Of a stretch of DNA of 32,000 nucleotides, positions 27,271-32,000 are shown one piece after another; the stretch's first letter is position 1; every line of letters begins with the position of its first letter. Under the pieces are notes generated by a model. It did not search any database. It was not told the DNA's origin and was given only the letters and a program-made list of their open reading frames with translations. Origin of the DNA: Vibrio alginolyticus NBRC 15630 = ATCC 17749 (GTDB taxonomy: Bacteria > Pseudomonadota > Gammaproteobacteria > Enterobacterales > Vibrionaceae). The position numbers and the translations under genes are program-made. Where the stretch lies: positions 330,001-362,000 of the forward strand of contig NC_022349.1 of NCBI RefSeq assembly GCF_000354175.2, given 5' to 3'.

Positions 27271-27822
27271 ATTAAAGGCGGAAGACGTGGCCAACAGCCG
27301 GTAAAACAAAACCCGCACCGTATCAACGGTGAAATTCGTGGTATTCGTGAAGTTCGACTAACAGGCGCTGACGGTGAATCAGTTGGTGTTGTATCGATTC
27401 AAGAAGCCATTGCAGCTGCTGAAGAAGCTGGTATGGATCTCGTTGAGATCAGTCCTAACGCCGAGCCACCTGTTTGTCGTGTGATGGACTATGGTAAGTT
27501 CCTCTTCGAGAAGAGCAAAACTGCTAAAGAGCAGAAGAAGAAGCAAAAGCAGGTCCAGATCAAGGAAGTAAAATTCCGTCCTGGAACTGATATTGGAGAC
27601 TATCAGGTAAAACTACGCAACCTGACGCGTTTCCTTGAAGAAGGCAACAAAGTGAAAGTAACAATTCGCTTCCGTGGCCGAGAGATGGCACACCAAGACA
27701 TCGGTGTTGACGTTCTAAATCGTCTTAAGGAAGATACTGCAGAAATTGCTGTAGTTGAATCTTTCCCTAAGAAGATTGAAGGTCGCCAGATGATCATGGT
27801 GCTAGCCCCTAAAAAGAAGTAA
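27271..27822 (+). CDS. infC: translation initiation factor IF-3, ATT (AUU) start codon
   Basis: The ORF track shows only 27433-27822 (129 aa). The same frame is open upstream to ATT 27271, giving (M)[31 protein letters not shown].. parallel to E. coli IF3 [34 protein letters not shown] lies at 27258-27263, and the thrS stop is 3 nt upstream. Confidence 0.93.
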   Translation: MKGGRRGQQPVKQNPHRINGEIRGIREVRLTGADGESVGVVSIQEAIAAAEEAGMDLVEISPNAEPPVCRVMDYGKFLFEKSKTAKEQKKKQKQVQIKEVKFRPGTDIGDYQVKLRNLTRFLEEGNKVKVTIRFRGREMAHQDIGVDVLNRLKEDTAEIAVVESFPKKIEGRQMIMVLAPKKK

Positions 27823-27847
27823 TTAACGGCTCATCAAGTAATTAAAA

Positions 27848-27892
27848 CCTAGCCGCTTTCCTTTCGATAAAGGCATAACGGCTGGGTTTTGT
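27848..27892 (+). promoter_or_regulatory. long hairpin plus U-tract between infC and rpmI (attenuator/partial terminator or part of the L20 operator)
   Basis: CCTAGCCG (27848-27855) pairs with CGGCTGGG (27879-27886) with one G-U pair. The inner stem is CCTTT/AAAGG. TTTTGTT follows. Confidence 0.45.
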
Positions 27893-27943
27893 TCGCCCTA
27901 ATTACGTTGTTTATTAAACCTACTCAATGCGGAGTTATTCATC

Positions 27944-28138
27944 ATGCCTAAGATGAAAACCAACAAAGGTGCTGCTAAGCGTTTTAAGAAAACTGCTGGT
28001 GGTATTAAGTACAAGCACGCTACAAAACGTCACATCCTGACTAAGCGTACTACTAAGAACAAGCGTCAACTACGTCCGAATGCAATCCTTCCAAAATGTG
28101 AAGTGGCTGCAGTAATCCGTATGTTGCCATACGCTTAA
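27944..28138 (+). CDS. rpmI: 50S ribosomal protein L35
   Basis: [20 protein letters not shown].. is canonical L35. GGAG serves as SD. Confidence 0.97.
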
Positions 28139-28178
28139 TTCTTTTTAGTTATCAATCGTTTAGTTTAGGAGAAGCATA

Positions 28179-28532
28179 ATGCCTCGCGTAAAACGTGGTG
28201 TACAAGCTCGTGCACGTCATAAGAAAGTTCTAAAACAAGCTAAAGGTTACTACGGTGCGCGTTCACGTGTTTACCGCGTAGCTTTCCAAGCAGTTACTAA
28301 AGCTGGTCAATACGCTTACCGTGACCGTCGCGCTAAGAAACGTCAATTCCGTCAACTATGGATTGCACGTATCAATGCGGCATCTCGTCAAAATGGTCTA
28401 TCTTACAGCCGTTTCATCAACGGTCTTAAGAAAGCATCTATCGAGATCGACCGTAAGATCCTTGCGGACATCGCAGTATTCGACAAAGCTGCATTTGCAG
28501 TTCTAGTTGAAAAAGCGAAAGCTGCTCTTTAA
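28179..28532 (+). CDS. rplT: 50S ribosomal protein L20
   Basis: [35 protein letters not shown].. is canonical L20. AGGAGAAG serves as SD. Confidence 0.97.
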
Positions 28533-28555
28533 TTAGCAGTTTAGGATTAAGAGAA

Positions 28556-28580
28556 GGAGAGCATTAGCTCTCCTTTTTTA
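28556..28580 (+). terminator. rho-independent terminator after rplT
   Basis: GGAGAGC-ATTA-GCTCTCC followed by TTTTTTATT. Confidence 0.85.
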
Positions 28581-28585
28581 TTGCT

Positions 28586-28700
28586 AAAATTTATACCCAA
28601 ATGACTTTTAGCTTGGCTATTTAGAGTATTGTTTATCAGTCTTCTCAATTTATTGGTTAGCATCTTATGTTAGTTATAAGGTAGCTTGGGTATAAATTTT
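28586..28700. repeat. perfect 15-bp inverted repeat bracketing 85 bp
   Basis: AAAATTTATACCCAA (28586-28600) and its exact reverse complement TTGGGTATAAATTTT (28686-28700). The left arm starts just after the rplT terminator; the right arm ends 21 nt before the ybjQ ATG. Confidence 0.8.
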
Positions 28701-28721
28701 TACGTTTATAAGGGATTAAAA

Positions 28722-29039
28722 ATGATTTACACAACGACCGAAAGCATTCCTGGCAAGCAGATCTCTGAAATCAGAGGGGTTGTAACTGGTAATGTTGTTC
28801 AATCAAAGCATATTGGCCGTGACCTCATGGCGGGTATCAAGAGCATTGTTGGCGGCGAAATTCGTGGTTACACGGAAATGATGACCGACGCGCGTGATAT
28901 TGCTATACAGCGCATGGTGGCGGACGCTGAATCTAAAGGTGCCGATGCAATTGTAGGGATTCGATTTACCACAAGCTCAATCGTAGATGGTTCTTCGGAA
29001 ATTTTGGCATTTGGTACTGCAGTGAAACTAGCGGACTAG
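28722..29039 (+). CDS. ybjQ: YbjQ/UPF0145 family protein (105 aa)
   Basis: ORF 28686-29039; ATG 28722 (MIYTTTESIPGKQISEIRGVVTGNVV..) with AAGGGA as SD. Collinear with E. coli YbjQ (..TTPTLEG..VEYCGVVTGE..GADAVVGI..). Confidence 0.85.
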   Translation: MIYTTTESIPGKQISEIRGVVTGNVVQSKHIGRDLMAGIKSIVGGEIRGYTEMMTDARDIAIQRMVADAESKGADAIVGIRFTTSSIVDGSSEILAFGTAVKLAD

Positions 29040-29252
29040 TCTACTTGAATAGCATTGCAAAAATGCTAATAGAGAGCGGTGAATTATTATGCATTTACCG
29101 TTCTGTTCCTTTTAGGTTAATTATTCTAGATTTTTGCAGAGCGAATAGATTTATATTCTCAACTTTACGTTACTATTAAAATTAATCACGATAATTTAGA
29201 GTGATTGCTTTACTTTTGTTTTGCATATTATTTTATACCTATAATGAAATTG

Positions 29253-29267
29253 AATTCATATTGAATT
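29253..29267. promoter_or_regulatory. 15-bp palindrome just downstream of a perfect TATAAT, upstream of the 269-aa HTH gene
   Basis: AATTCA-TAT-TGAATT (29253-29267). TATAAT lies at 29240-29245, with TTGTTT 17 nt upstream. Confidence 0.35.
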
Positions 29268-29405
29268 TTTCATTTGTTGTGTGAATTCTCCTTTCAGTAT
29301 ATTAATTCATGTTTTTCTTATAAAAATATGAACTTATACCTTGCCAAGCGGTTCTAAATTGTTACAAATACTATACAGCTGTAACATTGCCAAAAGGAAT
29401 TGTAG

Positions 29406-30215
29406 ATGAGAGATCTGACTCCCGAATACTTGCTAGCCGCATTACGCCAAGCGATTAAAACAAAAGGGCTAACATATCGAGAGCTATCTGAGAAAATGGG
29501 TATGCCACTATCTACTTTTAAGAGACATCTTACAAGCACGAATCTCGCTTTAGATAAGTTGCTGGAATATTGTAGAGCGGTTGATTGCACGTTAGATGAA
29601 CTACAAAAGCTCGCAAATCAATTGCAAGGTGAAGACGAGGATTACTTTAGTCGCACACAGGATGAAGTATTCTTTCAATTCCCTCACCTTTACGACTTTT
29701 ATCGTGAATTGAGAATGTTACGAGGTAAAGACGGCTATTCTATTTTAAAGAAAAAGTATGACTTGTCTGAGCAGAGCATGTCCGATTACTTAAAAGCATT
29801 AGAGTTGTTGGATCTCGTTTACGTTGATGAAGATAAAAATATAACGCTGCACGGACCTTTATATTATAGCTATGCAGAGAACTCCAAGCTCAACGACAAA
29901 TATACCGAAATCATAAAAGAGCAGACGACTACCCACGATAAGTGTGTTCGCGTTGCTTTGGCGCGTATGAAAATTACCGAAGAACAGCTTTTGTTACTGG
30001 AAGATCAAGTCGCAAAGACCGTCATCGATTTTCATTCCAAAAATGTTGTAGCAGAGAACTTTAATGTCTCTGATTTTACTAATATTGTTCTACTTGCTGG
30101 GCCACATCAGCCAGTCACATTCTCTGACGGCATTATTGAGACAGAGGGGCGATTTATTGATGATATTCGTTATGCCATCGCATCTGCAGGTGATAAGCCA
30201 AGCCTATCTATATAG
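29406..30215 (+). CDS. putative transcriptional regulator with N-terminal Cro/C1-type HTH and a second winged-helix-like segment (269 aa), family not recognised
   Basis: ATG with AAGGAA as SD. HTH GLTYRELSEKMGMPLSTFKRHL. Second helix-rich segment LSEQSMSDYLKALELLDLVYV. The C-terminal ~120 aa are unassigned. Composition is lower in GC than neighbouring genes. Confidence 0.65.
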   Translation: MRDLTPEYLLAALRQAIKTKGLTYRELSEKMGMPLSTFKRHLTSTNLALDKLLEYCRAVDCTLDELQKLANQLQGEDEDYFSRTQDEVFFQFPHLYDFYRELRMLRGKDGYSILKKKYDLSEQSMSDYLKALELLDLVYVDEDKNITLHGPLYYSYAENSKLNDKYTEIIKEQTTTHDKCVRVALARMKITEEQLLLLEDQVAKTVIDFHSKNVVAENFNVSDFTNIVLLAGPHQPVTFSDGIIETEGRFIDDIRYAIASAGDKPSLSI

Positions 30216-30393
30216 ATTTTGAGCCTTTTTTGAAGAGAGTTTCTGAAAGGGCGTTGCAAAAGAAAAAGCCTAAGACAGCAAATACTTTGTAAGTAGGGCA
30301 TTCAGCGGTGTTTGCTCTTAATTCAGACTTAAAGTGTTTTGGGCTTATTTCGAATAATACCTGTTCAGTATCTACTTTCGTCATTTTTAACAT
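30208..30393 (-). CDS. possible small protein (61 aa), convergent and overlapping the HTH gene by 8 nt
   Basis: ORF 30208-30426. ATG 30393 (MLKMTKVDTEQ..) has GAAGGAA 7 nt upstream. Hydrophobic stretch YKVFAVLGFFFCNAL. No homology recognised, so it may be non-coding. Confidence 0.25.
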   Translation of the reverse strand: MLKMTKVDTEQVLFEISPKHFKSELRANTAECPTYKVFAVLGFFFCNALSETLFKKGSKSI

Positions 30394-30558
30394 GCTGATT
30401 TCCTTCGTTGTTCCTCCCAAAGCCACTCTCGCTTCCTCTACAAAGAAACCATTCTCGTTGAACCAAGCATCCTGTAGCTACTTGGGTATGCATAATTGGT
30501 AGCTATTTATCTTCTAATTATAAATTCATACTTGAAATGTTTGTTTTTTGATCTATTA

Positions 30559-30588
30559 TGACGAAGTGTCATTCATGACGGTTCGTCA
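30559..30588. promoter_or_regulatory. tandem TGACG-N3-CGTCA palindromes upstream of the TetR gene (candidate TetR operators)
   Basis: TGACGAAGTGTCA (30559-30571) and TGACGGTTCGTCA (30576-30588), with starts 17 bp apart, about 75-100 nt upstream of ATG 30663. Confidence 0.55.
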
Positions 30589-30662
30589 ACTTTAGTTGCG
30601 TTCCTGTATTAAAGAATCGTGTTACAATTATGGGAGTGTGTTGGTATACGGATCAAAGGATT

Positions 30663-31451
30663 ATGTTTAACTTTCGCTGTAAAAAATATAGCAAGCAAGA
30701 CGGATGTCGCGTGTCTTCAGGGCTAACAAAAAAGCAACAGGCGATTGCTGATCGTGAGATAGAGCTTATTCAATTGGCTAAGTCTTTAGTTCAAGAGCAA
30801 GGCTTTGCCAACTTAACGATGGACAAGCTTACAGCGTCAAGCCCTTATTCTAAAGGGACGATCTACAATCATTTTTGCAGCAAAGAAGATGTGATTCTTG
30901 CGCTTTGTATTCATTCGCTGAAAAGCGAAGCAATATTTTTCGAACGTACCGCCAAATTTAATGGCAATACCAGAGAAAAAATCATTGCGATGCATGTAGG
31001 TTATCGTATTTACGCTCGTATGGAGCCAGTACTATCAACCTGTGCGATTGTTGCAAAGACGCCTTGGGTTCTAGAGAAGGCTTCGCCTAAACGTGTGAAT
31101 GAACTGAATAACTTGGAAGAACAAGTAATAGATGGTGCTGATGCGCTAGTGAACAATGCGGTAGAATGTGGTGATCTTAAGTTTTCTCCCGCAATAGGTT
31201 CTGATGCTATTGTATTCGCCAACTGGTCTATTGCATTCGGTTCAAACGCTTTGGCGCAAAATGCATCGAACAGTCGATGTATTCAGCGAATTCAAGACCC
31301 ATTCTCAGTACTGCACAACGCGAATATGTTACTTGATGGTTTAGGTTGGTCGCCTTTATCTACAGAATGGGACTACCGTAAAACCTGGCGTCGAGTGGAG
31401 CAGGAGTTATTTAGTGAAGAGCTTGCTTATTTAGAGTCAGTGAATCGCTAA
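30663..31451 (+). CDS. TetR/AcrR-family transcriptional regulator (262 aa)
   Basis: ORF 30630-31451; ATG 30663 with AAAGGA as SD. TetR HTH FANLTMDKLTASSPYSKGTIYNHFCSKEDV. Confidence 0.85.
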   Translation: MFNFRCKKYSKQDGCRVSSGLTKKQQAIADREIELIQLAKSLVQEQGFANLTMDKLTASSPYSKGTIYNHFCSKEDVILALCIHSLKSEAIFFERTAKFNGNTREKIIAMHVGYRIYARMEPVLSTCAIVAKTPWVLEKASPKRVNELNNLEEQVIDGADALVNNAVECGDLKFSPAIGSDAIVFANWSIAFGSNALAQNASNSRCIQRIQDPFSVLHNANMLLDGLGWSPLSTEWDYRKTWRRVEQELFSEELAYLESVNR

Positions 31452-31461
31452 TAAACTGGAA

Positions 31462-31492
31462 AGGCCAATCTGACGTTATGGTTGGCTTTTTT
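31462..31492 (+). terminator. probable rho-independent terminator after the TetR gene
   Basis: AGGCCAA / TTGGCTT stem (one G-U pair), 13-nt loop, then TTTTTTAT. Confidence 0.55.
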
Positions 31493-31504
31493 ATCGCACT
31501 ATTG

Positions 31505-31517
31505 TGACGAATCGTCA
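31505..31517. promoter_or_regulatory. third TGACG-N3-CGTCA palindrome
   Basis: TGACGAATCGTCA lies between the TetR terminator and the exporter gene. Confidence 0.5.
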
Positions 31518-31672
31518 TTAAATCTCGAAGGTTGGCGTTCAGCCAATGATCACGAGAAGCATAGGAAGTTACTAAAAACTAACTTATGTAGCCAAATTCA
31601 TTCGATCTAAAGTTTGCATGTCGAGTTTGTCTGGTTATTTACAGCATTTGCTGTTTTTTTAGTTTTTAAATT

Positions 31673-31685
31673 TGACGAAACGTCA
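31673..31685. promoter_or_regulatory. fourth TGACG-N3-CGTCA palindrome, immediately upstream of the exporter SD
   Basis: TGACGAAACGTCA ends 15 nt before ATG 31701 and just before the AAAGGAGAG SD. Confidence 0.55.
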
Positions 31686-31700
31686 CAAAAGGAGAGTGTG

Positions 31701-32000
31701 ATGCCACATCACAACGTTCAACAATACGCCCGTTCAGGGTGGGGTAAGCTACCAACGAATTACAGTGTATTGGTGATGCTTGCTACCGTTTTATTGATTG
31801 TCATAGCAACTATTGGAGGAAAAAATCTTTACTTTAGAGGAGATTACGACATCTTCTTTGATGGAACAAATGAGCAGTTACTTGCGTTTGATGAAATTCA
31901 AACCACCTTTGCAAAATCTGACAGTCTTGCTTTGGTTATAGCGCCAAAGAGCGGCACTGTTTTTACTCCTAGCACATTATCTCTTATTCAGCAGATCACT
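31701..32000 (+). CDS. MMPL/RND-superfamily exporter, N-terminal 100 codons (runs off the window end)
   Basis: Open-ended, so absent from the ORF track. Translation is MPHHNVQQYARSGWGKLPTNYSVLVMLATVLLIVIATIGGKNLYFRGDYDIFFDGTNEQLLAFDEIQTTFAKSDSLALVIAPK... The TM1 plus ..F..d....F.......af..i...F pattern is typical of predicted RND-superfamily exporters. A strong SD is present. Confidence 0.7.
   Translation, partial: MPHHNVQQYARSGWGKLPTNYSVLVMLATVLLIVIATIGGKNLYFRGDYDIFFDGTNEQLLAFDEIQTTFAKSDSLALVIAPKSGTVFTPSTLSLIQQIT

Noticed and set aside
27006-27326. Two antisense ORFs of about 100 aa, plus a 65-aa sense-strand out-of-frame ORF, at the thrS/infC junction.
   Set aside because: They result from the AT-rich, stop-poor thrS 3' end and lie opposite two essential genes. 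The local composition is better explained by the internal infC promoter.
30474-30510. Short similarities (CTTGGGTAT, GCTATTTA) between 30474-30510 and the rplT-ybjQ spacer (28606-28693).
   Set aside because: Matches of 8-9 nt are expected by chance in 32 kb of AT-rich DNA, and no extended alignment exists.
31462-31492. GGCCAATCTGACGTTATGGTTGGC resembles the conserved Qrr sRNA core (..AGCCAACUGACGUUGUUAG..).
   Set aside because: The similarity is short and interrupted. No sigma-54 promoter or LuxO sites lie upstream, where the TetR coding sequence is. The element is fully explained as the TetR gene terminator, and its loop happens to contain a TGACG half-site.
1-32000. I scanned the intergenic regions by eye for tRNA/rRNA genes, CRISPR repeat-spacer arrays, IS elements, integrases, retron or other reverse-transcriptase signatures, and known multi-gene defence systems.
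   Set aside because: I found none. There are no cloverleaf-like or rRNA-like segments, and no regularly spaced direct repeats. No ORF carries transposase, integrase, RT, nuclease-NTPase or other defence-type motifs. A by-eye scan is limited, so tRNAscan-SE/Infernal and DefenseFinder/PADLOC runs would settle this.

Overview
This is a gammaproteobacterial chromosome segment. Gene content and protein sequences look most like a Vibrio (Vibrionaceae) core region; that is inference, as no search was run. I can support about 30 protein genes:

- partial maeA
- an HrpB-like DEAH helicase
- an orphan 125-aa gene
- a Tat-lipoprotein PhoD
- purC with a PurR box
- sulA with a LexA box
- a small zinc-ribbon protein
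- a Sel1-TM-J-domain protein
- a YiaD/OmpA-like lipoprotein
- a DUF2786-like protein
- a CheX-type phosphatase-like protein
- ydiJ
- an ICMT-like membrane methyltransferase
- a hot-dog-fold protein
- the complete hutC-hutI-hutG-hutU-hutH cluster with HutC-type operators
- a Spo0M-like protein
- a putative outer-membrane beta-barrel
- thrS-infC-rpmI-rplT with recognisable autoregulatory leaders (infC starts at ATT and is truncated in the ORF track)
- ybjQ
- an AT-rich stretch with a 269-aa double-HTH protein
- a TetR regulator flanked by four copies of a TGACG-N3-CGTCA palindrome
- the 5' end of an MMPL/RND-type exporter

I saw no rRNA, tRNA, CRISPR array, transposase or integrase. I do not see a convincing novel multi-gene system such as a defence island. 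The best leads are:

- the OmpA-like lipoprotein plus periplasmic-Sel1/cytoplasmic-J-domain pair, whose ribosome-binding region is buried in a hairpin
- the AT-rich block after ybjQ (double-HTH protein plus a convergent overlapping mini-ORF)
- an orphan CheX-type phosphatase with an intact active-site motif
- the repeat-rich sulA-proximal intergenic region

All homology calls come from motifs recognised by eye, not from database searches.
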